64,000 nt of DNA from an uncultured Bacillota bacterium (GTDB lineage: Bacteria; Sysuimicrobiota; Sysuimicrobiia; Sysuimicrobiales; Segetimicrobiaceae), in assembly GCA_963804645.1 (NCBI GenBank), contig CAWDRG010000022.1, positions 1 to 64,000 on the forward strand, in the 5' to 3' direction. Position numbers and translations under genes: made by a program. A model generated the notes under the pieces. That model saw nothing but the letters and a program-made list of their open reading frames with translations. It ran no database searches and was not told the origin of the DNA. This document shows, one piece after another, positions 1 to 10,324 of the stretch. Position 1 is the first letter of the stretch. Each line of letters starts with the position of its first letter.

Positions 1-58
1 TGTTGATTATCTCTGAAAAGGTTCCAGTTTCTCTCCGAAAAGGTTCCACCCCCCGAGG
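1..58. repeat. IS21 terminal inverted repeat (istB end) with tandem GAAAAGGTTCCA sites
   Basis: GAAAAGGTTCCA at 15-26 and 37-48; starts with TG. Confidence 0.9.
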
Positions 59-199
59 GGTGTTGCACCTATTATTCGGCCGATCCTTGGGGTGTCCCTG
101 GCGGCCCTCTGAGCATCAAATTCTCCTTTCAGTCCCCGATGGTGAAAGACCAGGCTCCTGGAAGCCCCGTAGAGCGATTTCTCGGAAGTGGGGAGGCAT

Positions 200-961
200 C
201 TACGCCCCCCCCTGTTTGGGCGGCCGCTTGTCCTTCGTCCGAAAGCTGGGCCCATTAATGGCGATGACGTGACAGTGATGGAGGAGTCGATCTAACACCG
301 CGCCCGCAATCACCTCATCTCCACCGAAGACCGTGCCCCATTCCTCGAAGGGCGTATTGGTGGTGAGAATGATGGAGCCGTGCTCGTAGAGGCGGCTGAT
401 GAGTTGAAAGAAGAGATTCGCCCGCCGCGGATCCATCGGGAGATACCCGAGCTCATCGAGGATCAAGAGGTCCAGGCGCCCGAGCATCACCAACCGCGCA
501 CCCAAGGTGTGATCGACGGTGGCGGCGACGAGATCATCGAGCAACTCCGCGACGGACCGAAACAGCACCCGCTTGTACGCGCCGCACGCGCGGATGCCGA
601 TGGCGATCGACAAGTGCGACTTGCCGGTGCCCGGGGCCCCGACCAGGACCAGATTTTCGGCGCGCGCGAGAAAGCTGAGTTCGGCCAGTTCGCGGATGAG
701 CGGCGCGGGAATGGACGGTTGAAAGTCAAACTGAAAGCCCTCCAAGGTTTTGATCGTCGGGAAGCGCCCGCGGATGATGCGAGCGTTCACCGAGCGGTCG
801 GCCTTCCGCGCCAACTCCTCGTCGATCAGGTGATCGAGAAAGCCGACATAGCTCTGCTTGGTCTTCGCGGCCTTCTGCGCTTCACGCTCGAAGAGATCGG
901 CGATCGCGTGCAGCCCGAGCCGCTTGAGATTCCCCCGGAGGCGCTCGGCGTCAATGCTCAT
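200..961 (-). CDS. istB: IS21 helper AAA+ ATPase IstB
   Basis: Walker A GAPGTGKS, Walker B LLILDELGY, TTN and LDRLLHH motifs; 4-nt overlap with istA. Confidence 0.96.
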   Translation of the reverse strand: MSIDAERLRGNLKRLGLHAIADLFEREAQKAAKTKQSYVGFLDHLIDEELARKADRSVNARIIRGRFPTIKTLEGFQFDFQPSIPAPLIRELAELSFLARAENLVLVGAPGTGKSHLSIAIGIRACGAYKRVLFRSVAELLDDLVAATVDHTLGARLVMLGRLDLLILDELGYLPMDPRRANLFFQLISRLYEHGSIILTTNTPFEEWGTVFGGDEVIAGAVLDRLLHHCHVIAINGPSFRTKDKRPPKQGGA

Positions 962-2460
962 GAGCGCGCCGCCGTTGTCGATGTCAGGAGCGTCTGGTAC
1001 GCGCGCAGGTCGCGCTTCACCGCGAGGCGGGGCACCGGGCCCCGCGTCGTGGCGAGCGTCGGTGGAGTGGTCGCCGGCAGCGCGTCATGCTGCAGCACAC
1101 CTCGGACGAATTGCAGCGAGTAGGTGTTGTACGTCCCCGCGCTGCGGAAGGCGGCGCGCAGCGCCTCCGGTGCATACTGCTGCGCCAGCTCGAGGATGCC
1201 GCGGAGGTGCCGCGCCGGCCCCAGCTTCTGCTGGGCGAGCAGGCCGTCGAGGAACGCCTGCTGGTCCGGAAAGCGGCGCTGGAAGGCCTCCACGAGGACG
1301 ACGCGGGTGCGCGGCGTGTCTTTGCGTAGTCCCTCGTAATGTGCCGGATCAATGACCGTAGCCCCCTTGGTCTCGCTGAGGACATGGCGGCCGATCACGG
1401 CACCGGTAGGCGAGAGCGCCTCCAGCCGCACCCCTTGTGACACGCGGACCCACACGCGCTTGCCCGCGTAGAGGGACAGCACACTGTACCGGGACCCCTC
1501 GTACGGAATCAGACAGTCCCAACTGACCTTGCGCGTCAGCGCATGGATCCCAATGTACCGCGTCGCCGGCAGCGGCGTGAGGGACGGGGCTTCCTCGGCA
1601 AAGCGTTCGAGCGGCGGCTGATGCGTCGTTCCATGCTCGCGCACATCCAGGATCTCGGTGGTGAAACGTCGGAGGTCACGGTTGAACGCATCAAAATCGG
1701 TCCAGCTGTTGCCCTTGATCAGGTGATTCTCCGTGTATTGAAATGGTTTCTCGACCTTGCCCTTTGTTCGGGCCCGCCGCACCCGACACGCGCGCGGTTC
1801 GACCCGGTAGTAGCCGCACAGCTCCAAGAAGCGCGCATTCCATTCGAAGTGGGCCGGGCGCGCATCCACGACGAACGCGCCGGCGTTATCGATCAGCACG
1901 ACTTTGGTGACACCCCCAAAGTGCCAGAACGCCTCCTCGAGACCTTCGTAGATCGACGCCGCCGTCTCATCGCGACTCGCCCAGTTGAACTGGCGGCGGC
2001 TATAGCCCAGCACCGTATTGTAGACGATCACACGGGTCAGGGCGCCGCCGAGCAAGATCGTGTACGGCGACCAATCGAATTGACACTGCTCCCCGGGGGC
2101 TGTCTCGAAGCGTTCGGTGACGCGGGGATCGGGCTGCGTCGGACGCAGGCGTGCCCAGGTCCGATAGAATGCGGCGGGCGACCCCTTGTAGCCGCGCGCT
2201 CGGATCTCGTTGAGAATGCGACTGCCGACCAGATGTTGCTCCGTGGTCATCTCGCGGATCACAGGAATGAACCGTACGAGCTGAGGATTCTCAACCGGCT
2301 TACGCTGATAGCGCGGGGGCTGACTGCTGCGCAACGCCCGGCGAATAGCTTTACGGGACAGATGCAGTTGCCGGGAGATCGTGCTGATCGAGTGCCCTTG
2401 GGCACGCAGGGTTCGAATCGTGGTCCAGACCTCCACCGAGATCATCTCCTCTCCCTTCAC
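958..2460 (-). CDS. istA: IS21 transposase IstA
   Basis: N-terminal HTH, RFETAPGEQCQFDW, IDNA and TKGKVEK DDE motifs; start may be the ATG of MISVEVW. Confidence 0.96.
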   Translation of the reverse strand: MKGEEMISVEVWTTIRTLRAQGHSISTISRQLHLSRKAIRRALRSSQPPRYQRKPVENPQLVRFIPVIREMTTEQHLVGSRILNEIRARGYKGSPAAFYRTWARLRPTQPDPRVTERFETAPGEQCQFDWSPYTILLGGALTRVIVYNTVLGYSRRQFNWASRDETAASIYEGLEEAFWHFGGVTKVVLIDNAGAFVVDARPAHFEWNARFLELCGYYRVEPRACRVRRARTKGKVEKPFQYTENHLIKGNSWTDFDAFNRDLRRFTTEILDVREHGTTHQPPLERFAEEAPSLTPLPATRYIGIHALTRKVSWDCLIPYEGSRYSVLSLYAGKRVWVRVSQGVRLEALSPTGAVIGRHVLSETKGATVIDPAHYEGLRKDTPRTRVVLVEAFQRRFPDQQAFLDGLLAQQKLGPARHLRGILELAQQYAPEALRAAFRSAGTYNTYSLQFVRGVLQHDALPATTPPTLATTRGPVPRLAVKRDLRAYQTLLTSTTAARS

Positions 2461-2490
2461 TCCACACCATTTGAAGTGAGGGGATTGATC

Positions 2491-2551
2491 CCTCGGGAAG
2501 GTGGAACCTTTTCACGGAGAAAGCCTGGTCCCTTTTCAAAGGGAATCTACA
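2491..2551. repeat. IS21 terminal inverted repeat (istA end)
   Basis: Reverse complement matches 1-58; ends with CA at 2550-2551. Confidence 0.9.
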
Positions 2552-2815
2552 GTCCTTCAGATTCCGCCTCGCGACGGACACCCTACCCTTTTCGGCTACG
2601 GTCCGCATCCAGCTGGACCGGCAGGTCTTTCACCTGCGAGAGAACAGCACTGCCGGGCACACTAATACTAGGTCCGCACACAGATTAGCCACGCGTTCGT
2701 CATTCCCGAAGCAAAAGGCCTCAAAATAGCGTTTGTTCTGGGACTCAGCGGGGGGCAACGATTGCAGGTACATGGCCCAGAACTCATCTACCAGGTTACC
2801 TTGATTCATTCTGAG

Positions 2816-3340
2816 CTAATGAGACTCGCACAATACAGTGACACCGCGAGCCTTGCTCCTGCGATCGATGCCACGTCGGGCCTTCCCTTGATCCGGAGGA
2901 ATCGATTTGGGCATCACGGTGTCAACGAGTCTTTTCAATATCCCATCTTTGTCGAGGACAATCCGGAACGCATCCGTCACTACGCATCTCGTTCCGCTAT
3001 CAACAGGGTCTATCCGTGTCCAGGAGCAGTTCGCAAATGTCAATTCCAGTTCTGCGGCCGGAAGCAGACGGATGTGCCACGACCACACAACGCCGTAGAC
3101 TGCGCTGTCGCTCGACCTCAGGCGATAGCCAGCATTCTCGAATTTGATCTCCGTCAACCACTTCCGGCGACGCCGATACTCGGCGGCCCGGTCGGAAAGT
3201 AGCAACAGGTCGATGTCCGACGCCTGGCGTGGGTTACCTCGTGCCCACGACCCTACGAGCGCGACCGCACGAATGTCGTCACGCTCAATCGCCCAACCGG
3301 CGACCGCAGAGATTATGGCTGTGGCTCTGCCGGATTTCAC
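2816..3340 (-). CDS. Nucleotidyltransferase-domain protein (Pol beta superfamily)
   Basis: VGSWARG...SDIDL (GS-x-DxD) motif. Confidence 0.8.
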   Translation of the reverse strand: MKSGRATAIISAVAGWAIERDDIRAVALVGSWARGNPRQASDIDLLLLSDRAAEYRRRRKWLTEIKFENAGYRLRSSDSAVYGVVWSWHIRLLPAAELELTFANCSWTRIDPVDSGTRCVVTDAFRIVLDKDGILKRLVDTVMPKSIPPDQGKARRGIDRRSKARGVTVLCESH

Positions 3341-3565
3341 GACGCAAGCATAGCACCAAATGTCATGGTATTATGCGAGGCTCATTAAATTGTAAGTCGT
3401 TCCTACGAGTGCCAGATGTCTGCGACGGTGCGGCTCCAGCTCCGATGCGGCCATCTTCTCAGCGTACTCAATGTCTCGCAGTTTTCGCCCCGAGCCGCCA
3501 TAGCAACCTCCGGACGACGCGTCGAAGCATCCGCCGCTGATCGGCATCATATAGACCCTCGTCTG

Positions 3566-4153
3566 TTAGCTCGGTATCGGTACACGTATCCACACGAGGC
3601 GGGAGTAATCCAAGTCCTGCACGGGTGCGCCGGCCAACCGCAGCATCGTCATCACCTGCGCGCGATGGTGCACCTCATGAAACAAGAGCTGCCCGGCAAT
3701 ACCACCAGCCGTCGTGTGAGTGCGCTGAGGCGGCGTGAAATTACGTGAGGTGTACTCGATCGGCCGTGACGGGTCCCCCATCTCTGAGAGCACGCGCCGA
3801 GTAGCCGGCCACTCGGCGCGCCAGGCGGTCGCGAACGGCTGTAAGGCAGGATATCCTTTCGGCGTGAACGGCGACTCCGTTCGCTTGTAATCCCGACCGG
3901 TAAGCCGCTGCACGTAGCCCCACTCAATATCGGCAACGTGAATGAGGGTCGCGCGGATCGACCCTAGCCCGAAGGGAAACACCCGCGTGTAAGTTTCGAC
4001 CGGTTGATCACCAATCCAATTCAGCAGCTGGTCGCGTGCCCGGACGAGATAGTCGTAGAAATGGACATAGTCTACCGACGACCGCGTGCGGTCATCCTGT
4101 ATCATGGGCGGGATTGGTCTCTTCACGACCCGCTTCCGTGGCCGACGAGCCAT
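3566..4153 (-). CDS. DinB family protein
   Basis: SIRATLIH and C-terminal HEVHHRAQ His motifs. Confidence 0.88.
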   Translation of the reverse strand: MARRPRKRVVKRPIPPMIQDDRTRSSVDYVHFYDYLVRARDQLLNWIGDQPVETYTRVFPFGLGSIRATLIHVADIEWGYVQRLTGRDYKRTESPFTPKGYPALQPFATAWRAEWPATRRVLSEMGDPSRPIEYTSRNFTPPQRTHTTAGGIAGQLLFHEVHHRAQVMTMLRLAGAPVQDLDYSRLVWIRVPIPS

Positions 4154-4289
4154 TCGTCAGCCTCCATGACAAGACTTCGTCCGCGCAGCGGTCCGGGTTC
4201 GGCAGGTCGGGAGTGTTGACCTTCGGGGCCGAGCTGTAAGACACCCTATCCCCACCAGCTCAGGGACCGAACGGCTCTTCGACACCGGC

Positions 4290-4658
4290 CCTCTCACCAT
4301 TCCGCGCCCCTTACGCCGGGGGATTCGTAGGCGCTGCATTTCCAGGTCCTTCGCGCCGTCCGTGGCCTTCGCCCGATATCGCCAGGCTCGGCTTCCCCTT
4401 GCTCCCCTTGCGGGGTCTGTCATATCGACGCGGCAGGCTTCACGTTATGCTACGGACTGGTGAGTTGCTCAGCCCCTTGAAGGGCCTTTGTCACGGCGCT
4501 TCGCCGATTGGCTCTCACCTGGCGGCGGCCGTCAGCTACCGCGCGGCCTGGTCCCTACCCGGGCCGGACACTCGCCGGCGGGTCGATGTGAGCTTGTACG
4601 AGGTCACCCGTATCTTCGATCCACCTCGCTTCTCGGGTGTCCCGCTACCTGGGCACGC
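4290..4658 (-). mobile_element. Group II intron 5' remnant (domain I region), no RT ORF
   Basis: Minus strand starts GCGTGCCCAG (GUGYG-like). The plus strand shows blocks I recognise as typical intron reverse complements (CCGTGGCCTTCGCCC, GCAGGCTTCACGTTATGCTACGGAC, CTACCCGGGCCGGAC...CCGGCGGG). Left boundary approximate. Confidence 0.7.
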
Positions 4659-4716
4659 CGATATCCCGGCATCCTACACTTCCTCCCGAGCCACCTCCCG
4701 CTCACGCTACCCTAAT

Positions 4717-5658
4717 TCACATCGCGGGAGGAACCTCCAGGACGGCGGCCTCCCGGCGCCTTCCGAATGCGTAGATCGTGAGGGCCGCCGCCAGCACCAT
4801 CCCCGCGCCGAGGAGCTGGGACGCGGACACCACGGTACCGCGGGTGAGGACCACCAGCAGCGTCGTGACGATGGGCGCGCTAGCGGAGATCGCCGTCACC
4901 CCGGTCGCGGACGCGTAGCGCAGGCCGACGACCTCGGTCAGTGTGAACGCCAGCAGGATGAGGCCTGTGACGAGCACAAACCCCCATTGGATTGGCGATA
5001 GCTGGGTTACGCCTCCCAGGCGGCCGGTCGCCGCGAGGTACGCGAACAGCAGCCCGGATCCGAGCGTCATCTTGCCCGCGACCACCGTCGCGACCGAGAT
5101 GGTCCGAAGGACCGCCTTGATCAGGATCACGCCGACCGCGAACATGACGGTACCGCCGACGAGGAACGGGACGCCGGCATCCGTCCGCACCGTCCGAAAG
5201 CCGACGCCGAGCGCCAGGCCGAGGGCCAGCACGAGCAGCGCCGCGGCGACGGCGCGGCCAACCCGCTCGCGCAGCACGAGCGCGGCGAGCGCCGCCACCA
5301 ACAAGAACTGTGTGTGATCGATCAGCGCCGCCGTCGCCGGGGTGCTAATCTGCAGCCCGCGAAAGTACAGCGCGTACGCGACGCTGCCGGCGCACAGCGC
5401 GATCAGCACGAGTGCGCCCCACTCGCGCCGGCCGAGCCGCGCCAGTTCCTGTCGGTGACGCGCTCCGAGCAGCACCGCGAGGCCGAGCACGATGCCCACC
5501 ACGCCGTTCTTGAGCGCGGTAAAGAGCGTCGAATCGGGAAACAGCTTCACCCCCACGCTGTTCACGAAGATAGCGAACCCGCTGATCGCCGCGTTCATCG
5601 CAGCGAATTGGTATCCGAGACGAGGATCCGAGACGGCACGCGGCTCCACGAGGTTCAC
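4717..5658 (-). CDS. EamA/DMT family transporter
   Basis: About 10 hydrophobic helices in two repeats (LYFRGLQISTPATAALI; GLRYASATGVTAI); GTG start at 5658 with GGGAG RBS. Confidence 0.85.
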   Translation of the reverse strand: MNLVEPRAVSDPRLGYQFAAMNAAISGFAIFVNSVGVKLFPDSTLFTALKNGVVGIVLGLAVLLGARHRQELARLGRREWGALVLIALCAGSVAYALYFRGLQISTPATAALIDHTQFLLVAALAALVLRERVGRAVAAALLVLALGLALGVGFRTVRTDAGVPFLVGGTVMFAVGVILIKAVLRTISVATVVAGKMTLGSGLLFAYLAATGRLGGVTQLSPIQWGFVLVTGLILLAFTLTEVVGLRYASATGVTAISASAPIVTTLLVVLTRGTVVSASQLLGAGMVLAAALTIYAFGRRREAAVLEVPPAM

Positions 5659-5723
5659 CTCGAGGGCCCTCCCTTCGCGAGGGCGTTCGGCGCGGGCGGA
5701 GAGATCCCGTGCGCGCGGCGGGA

Positions 5724-6401
5724 TCAGACCTGGATGCGCCCCCGCGTCTCCGACCGCGCCGCCTCGAGCCGGGCAATCCAGTCGGCGAGGCCGAGCCCCG
5801 AGCGCACGGACACGCGCAGCACGTCGAGGTCGGGCCGCGCGTCCGCGAGGGCGCGGCGGGCCAGAGCGTCGTCGTACCCGGCCGCCTCTGCCAGGTCCAT
5901 CTTGGTGATCACGGCCAGATCCGACGTGGCGAAGATGGTGGGGTACTTCGCGGGCTTGTCCTCCCCCTCGGTGACCGAGAGCAGCACCGCCCGCAGCGCC
6001 TCCCCGAGATCGTAGCTCGCGGGGCACACGAGGTTGCCGACGTTCTCGATGAAGAGAAACTCGAGGGCGGCGAGGTCCCACCCGTCGAGCGCCCGCTCCA
6101 CCATCTCGGCGTCCAGATGGCAGACGGTCCCCGTCGTGATCTGACGGACCGGCGCGCCGCTCGCGCGGAGCCGCACGGCGTCGTGGTCCGTCGCGAGATC
6201 CCCTACGAGGGCGGCGACGCGCCGCATCGGCGCCAACCGCCGCAGCGTCTCGCCCAGCAGCGCGGTCTTGCCCGCCCCGGGGCTGGAGACCAGGCTCACG
6301 ACGCACACGCCGGCATCGGTGAACTGCTGGCGAAGCCGCCGCGCGAGCAGATCGTTCTTCTTCAGCACGGCCTGGCGGACCTCAACGATACGTGGAGACA
6401 T
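5724..6401 (-). CDS. hypB: Hydrogenase nickel incorporation GTPase HypB
   Basis: SSPGAGKT, TGTVCHLDA, ENVGNLVCPA, EGEDKPAKYP motifs. Confidence 0.96.
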   Translation of the reverse strand: MSPRIVEVRQAVLKKNDLLARRLRQQFTDAGVCVVSLVSSPGAGKTALLGETLRRLAPMRRVAALVGDLATDHDAVRLRASGAPVRQITTGTVCHLDAEMVERALDGWDLAALEFLFIENVGNLVCPASYDLGEALRAVLLSVTEGEDKPAKYPTIFATSDLAVITKMDLAEAAGYDDALARRALADARPDLDVLRVSVRSGLGLADWIARLEAARSETRGRIQV

Positions 6402-6744
6402 CCTCCTCCACCTCCAGCGCGGTCACCTCGAGCTCGGTGCCACGGACGAGCTCCGGCGTGGGCGTCCCGCAGACCGGGCACCGGAGCCGTGCCGCGCGGA
6501 GCATCCGCTCGGCCCGGCACGTGGGGCAAAATGCGGCCAGCGGGACCTCCTCGATCACCAGCCGCGCGCCCGCGAGCGGCGTGCCCTCGCACGCGGCGTC
6601 AAACGCGAACCGCAGGGCGTCGCTCGCCACCCCGGACAGCGCGCCGACGCGCAGATGCACCGCCTCGACCCGGCCCCCGCCGGCCTCTCGGGCCCGCTCG
6701 GTCGCCACATCCACCACGCTCAGCGCGATCGACAGCTCATGCAT
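6382..6744 (-). CDS. hypA: Nickel metallochaperone HypA
   Basis: MHE N-terminus; two CxxC (CPTC, CPVC). Confidence 0.96.
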   Translation of the reverse strand: MHELSIALSVVDVATERAREAGGGRVEAVHLRVGALSGVASDALRFAFDAACEGTPLAGARLVIEEVPLAAFCPTCRAERMLRAARLRCPVCGTPTPELVRGTELEVTALEVEEDVSTYR

Positions 6745-6755
6745 GCGGCATCACC

Positions 6756-7511
6756 CTAGGCCTCCACGAGCACGCCCGTGCGCCGCTGCGCATTCGCCAG
6801 CGCGAGGTGGTGGCGTGTGTACTGTACCAGGGCGCGGCACTGCCGGACGGTCAACCGATGGCAGGCGCAGCCCCAGTGCACCGCGACGACGTCCCCGACC
6901 GACACGCGGGACAGCGGCGCCTTCCCATCGAACCACCGGACCACGGATGTCGGCTCGGCCGCACCGAGCACGAGCGCATCGCGTTCGAGGCGCAGCGGAC
7001 GGCGTGCAACCAGCAGGGCATCCCCGCACTCCGCGACGACGCGCGCCCAGCTGATGCGGCAGGCGTCCATCGTCTCGAGGCGGTACCGCGCCCCCGCGTC
7101 ACCCGCCTGCACCGGCATGCTGAAGACGTGAAAGTTGTGGTGGGGCCGCGCGCCCGACGGGATGCCGCCGAGCACCGCCCGCAGCAGCCGCTGGGGGAAC
7201 CGCTGCGCAAAGCGCTCCTCGACGTGCCGCCACAGATCCGCGGCCTCGACGTGCTCGAGCAGTTCGTTGCCGATCCAGTACGCCTCGATCACGCGGAGGT
7301 CGAACGGGTCGGCGATCCCGCTGGCCGCGGCGATCAGCGAGTAGTAGGGAAACGCTCCGGCGAACCGCGCGAGGATCTGCTCGAGTCCGCGGTCGCCGCA
7401 CCCGTCGGCGAGGTGCTCCAAGATCGCCCCGCGCTCGTCGGGGCCGCAGTAGCCGAGCCGGTTCGGCATGAAGCTGAACCGAGCGGCGAGGAGCGCCCCC
7501 TCGCGGCTCAC
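6756..7511 (-). CDS. DUF6390-like hydrogenase-associated protein
   Basis: ARFSFMPNRLGYCGP, EAYWIGNELL, PHHNFHV, DACRI, HWG motifs; lies between hypC and hypA. Confidence 0.8.
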   Translation of the reverse strand: MSREGALLAARFSFMPNRLGYCGPDERGAILEHLADGCGDRGLEQILARFAGAFPYYSLIAAASGIADPFDLRVIEAYWIGNELLEHVEAADLWRHVEERFAQRFPQRLLRAVLGGIPSGARPHHNFHVFSMPVQAGDAGARYRLETMDACRISWARVVAECGDALLVARRPLRLERDALVLGAAEPTSVVRWFDGKAPLSRVSVGDVVAVHWGCACHRLTVRQCRALVQYTRHHLALANAQRRTGVLVEA

Positions 7512-7768
7512 GCGTCGCGCTCCCGGCGGTCGGCGGCCGGCTGGTCGAGCACCGGCGCGAGCTCCTCGAGCAGGCGCACGGTCTCAGCCGCCTCCGCCGC
7601 GGTCAGCCGTTCGACGGCGAACCCGGTGTGCACGAGCACCCACTCGCCCGGCGCCGCCGTCCCGAGCAGGGTCAGGTGCACCGTCTGAACCCGCCCGAGC
7701 ACATCCACCCGCGCCCGCTGGCCGTCCGCGTCGACCTCCACGATTCTCCCCGGCAGCGCGATGCACAT
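7508..7768 (-). CDS. hypC: Hydrogenase assembly chaperone HypC/HupF
   Basis: MCIALPG N-terminus; GEWVLVHTGFA. Confidence 0.95.
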   Translation of the reverse strand: MCIALPGRIVEVDADGQRARVDVLGRVQTVHLTLLGTAAPGEWVLVHTGFAVERLTAAEAAETVRLLEELAPVLDQPAADRRERDA

Positions 7769-7771
7769 CGG

Positions 7772-8257
7772 TCAGCCCCCCGTCGCGATGGTGCGGCCGA
7801 GCGCCGCGATGTCGTCGAGGCCGCGCCGCGCGACGTCCTCCACGGCCGCGGCCACCTCGGACGAGAGGCCGACGCCGGCGTCGAACCGGGCGCCCTCAAT
7901 GCCCACGACGATCAACCGGCGCGGCAGCCGCCCGAGCACGCGGGCGAGTTCGATCGCCTCGGCCGCACCGAAGGCGTGGGTCGAGTAGCGAAACCATCCC
8001 GCGGGCACCGGCGCGGCACCGGCATCCAGGTACAGGAGCGTCCCCGGCGGGGCCCCCGAGGAGACCGCGTCGACGAGGACGACCGTGTCCGCCCCCTCCC
8101 ACGCCTCGATGAGCGCCGTCCCCTCCCCGCTCATCTCTCTCAGGACGGCCGACGCGCCGGCCTCCCCGGCCAGCCGACGCGCCGCGGCCAGGCCCGCCCC
8201 GTCGTCGCGGCCGTAGGCGTTGCCGACGCCGATGACCAGCAGTCCCGGCGTGTCCAC
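7772..8257 (-). CDS. Hydrogenase maturation endopeptidase
   Basis: VIGVGN..RDDGAG, VLVDA, STH motifs; GTG start just after the large-subunit stop. Confidence 0.92.
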   Translation of the reverse strand: MDTPGLLVIGVGNAYGRDDGAGLAAARRLAGEAGASAVLREMSGEGTALIEAWEGADTVVLVDAVSSGAPPGTLLYLDAGAAPVPAGWFRYSTHAFGAAEAIELARVLGRLPRRLIVVGIEGARFDAGVGLSSEVAAAVEDVARRGLDDIAALGRTIATGG

Positions 8258-8259
8258 GG

Positions 8260-9555
8260 TCAGCCGCGCTCGATGTGGAGCCTGAGAAAATGTGTCGCGC
8301 ACGAGATGCACGGATCGTAGTTGCGGACCGCCTGCTCGCACCGCCATGTCAGCTGGTCGTCGGGCAGCGCGAGCGACTGCTGCACCAGGTGGCGGAGATC
8401 CGCCTCGATCTGACCCTGGTTCTGTGAGGTGGGCGGGATGATCGTCGCCTGGGTGATGGCCCCCTCGCGGTCAAGGGTGTACCGATGGTACAGGAGGCCG
8501 CGGGGCGCCTCGGTGGCGCCGTGGCCCGTGCCGGCCCGGGGCGGCACCTCCTGCGCGGAGCGCTCCGGACGGATATACGCGCCGATCAGGCGCAGCGCCT
8601 CGTCGCAGGCGTACACCAGCTCCACGGCACGGACGATAATGCTCCGGAACGGATTGCGGCAGACCGGGCCGAGGCCGGCGTCGCGGGCGGCCTGCTGCGC
8701 CAGGCCGGACAGCACGTCGAAGTTCAGGCTGTAGCGCGCGAGCGGCCCGAGAAAGTACGCGCCGCGCGCCCGCAGGCGCGCGTGCAGCGCGTTCGAGTAC
8801 GGGAGCTGCTCCTCGACGAAGTGGTCGGGGTACGCCTGGACCGCGATGTCGAGCCCGCGGTCGGAGACGATGCGTCCCCGCTCGATCGCGTACTCGCCCG
8901 GCTGGCGCAGGGCCACGAACTCGTAGTCCTGCTCGAACTCGGGAAACTCGAACGCGGCCACCCACCGCACCGTCTCGAGCGCCGCGTCCCGGGCCCACCG
9001 CAGCCGCTCCGCGATCTCGACCAGGTCGCCGGGCGCGGGCGCCCGGTAGAATCCCCCGACCCGCACGTTGATCGGGTGCACCGCCCGCCCGCCGAGCACG
9101 GCCATCAGGTCGTTGCCGACCCCTTTCAGCGCGAGCCCCCGTTCGACCGCCTGCCGGTGGTCCCGGGCCATCTCGATGACGCTGTCGTACCCGAGGAAAT
9201 CGGGCGCGTGCAGCATGTACACGTGCAGCGCGTGGCTCTGAATCCACTCCCCGCAGTACAGCAGCCGGCGCAGCTGCTGGAGGGGCCCGTCCACCACCAC
9301 CCCACAGGCGTCCTCCATCGCCGCGCACGCGCTCATCTGGTAGGCGACCGGGCAGATGCCGCAGATGCGGGCCGTGATGTCGGGCGCCTCCGTGAACTGC
9401 CGCCCCCGCAGGAACGCTTCGAAAAACCTCGGCGGCTCGTAGATATCCAGCCGGAGGTCCACGACCCGGTCGCCTTCGATCTTGATGAAGATTGCCCCCT
9501 CTCCCTCGACCCGGGCGAGGGCCCCGACTTTGATCGTGCGCGTCTTAGGCGCCAT
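8260..9555 (-). CDS. hyhL: Group 3b [NiFe]-hydrogenase large (alpha) subunit
   Basis: RVEGEG, L1 RICGIC, L2 DPCISCATH followed by a cleavable C-terminal tail; beta/gamma/delta genes upstream. Confidence 0.95.
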   Translation of the reverse strand: MAPKTRTIKVGALARVEGEGAIFIKIEGDRVVDLRLDIYEPPRFFEAFLRGRQFTEAPDITARICGICPVAYQMSACAAMEDACGVVVDGPLQQLRRLLYCGEWIQSHALHVYMLHAPDFLGYDSVIEMARDHRQAVERGLALKGVGNDLMAVLGGRAVHPINVRVGGFYRAPAPGDLVEIAERLRWARDAALETVRWVAAFEFPEFEQDYEFVALRQPGEYAIERGRIVSDRGLDIAVQAYPDHFVEEQLPYSNALHARLRARGAYFLGPLARYSLNFDVLSGLAQQAARDAGLGPVCRNPFRSIIVRAVELVYACDEALRLIGAYIRPERSAQEVPPRAGTGHGATEAPRGLLYHRYTLDREGAITQATIIPPTSQNQGQIEADLRHLVQQSLALPDDQLTWRCEQAVRNYDPCISCATHFLRLHIERG

Positions 9556-10324
9556 CAGCGTCACCGGCCTTCCGGAACGCGTCCGCGAAGGCGTTCACCC
9601 CGCGGTACGCCCGGCGGAGCGCCGGCTTGGACACGCCGATGCGCTGCCACTCGGCGCCGAGCGACGCGGTGTTGGGGGTCTCCATCGGTCCGTAGCAGCC
9701 GTAGCAGCCCCGGTCGTAGGCCGGGCAGATGGCCCCGCAGCCGGCGTGGGTCACCGGTCCGAGGCACGGGGTGCCGCGGGCGACCATCACGCAGACGGTG
9801 CCGCGCCGCTTGCACTCGACGCAGACGCTGTGGGCGGGAATCGACGGCCGGCGCCCCTGCGCGCACGCCCGGATCACCTCGAGCAGCTGGAGCTTGTTGA
9901 TCGGACACCCGTGCAGCTCGAAATCGACGCGCACGTGGTGGGCAATCGGCGTCGACGTGGCGAGCGTTTCGATGTACTCGGGATGGGCGTACACCGCCGC
10001 GGTAAACTCGTGGACGTCCGCGAAGTTCCGCAGCGCCTGAATGCCGCCGGCCGTCGCGCAGGCGCCGATCGTGACGAGCGACTTCGAGACGCGCCGCACG
10101 TGCTGGATGCGCGCCGCGTCGTGCGCGGTCGTGATCGACCCTTCGACGAGCGACAGATCGTAGGGACCCGGGGCCTCGGCGCGCGACGCCTCCAGGAACG
10201 ACGCCACCTCCACCTCCCCGAGCAGCGCGAGCAGCTCCCGCTCGAGGGACAAGAGCTGGAGCTGGCACCCGTCGCAGGAGGCGAACTTCCAGACGGCCAG
10301 CCGCGGCCGGCGCGGGGCGGCCAT
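9545..10324 (-). CDS. hyhS: Group 3b hydrogenase small (delta) subunit
   Basis: SCDGC, EGS, GACA, GCP and VCVEC...CLGP...CGAICP...CYGC motifs. Confidence 0.93.
   Translation of the reverse strand: MAAPRRPRLAVWKFASCDGCQLQLLSLERELLALLGEVEVASFLEASRAEAPGPYDLSLVEGSITTAHDAARIQHVRRVSKSLVTIGACATAGGIQALRNFADVHEFTAAVYAHPEYIETLATSTPIAHHVRVDFELHGCPINKLQLLEVIRACAQGRRPSIPAHSVCVECKRRGTVCVMVARGTPCLGPVTHAGCGAICPAYDRGCYGCYGPMETPNTASLGAEWQRIGVSKPALRRAYRGVNAFADAFRKAGDADGA

Larger units (their letters stand above)
1..2551 (-). mobile_element. Complete IS21-family insertion sequence (istA-istB)
   Basis: istA/istB pair bounded by TG...CA imperfect inverted repeats. 1-58 TGTTGATTATCTCTGAAAAGGTTCCAGTTTCTCTCCGAAAAGGTTCCACC matches the reverse complement of ~2491-2551 (TGTAGATTCCCTTTGAAAAGGGACCAGGCTTTCTCCGTGAAAAGGTTCCACC). 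Confidence 0.95.

Noticed and set aside
2816..3340. MNT-HEPN toxin-antitoxin or aminoglycoside resistance gene
   Set aside because: No adjacent HEPN gene and no substrate-binding domain recognisable; kept only as a generic nucleotidyltransferase
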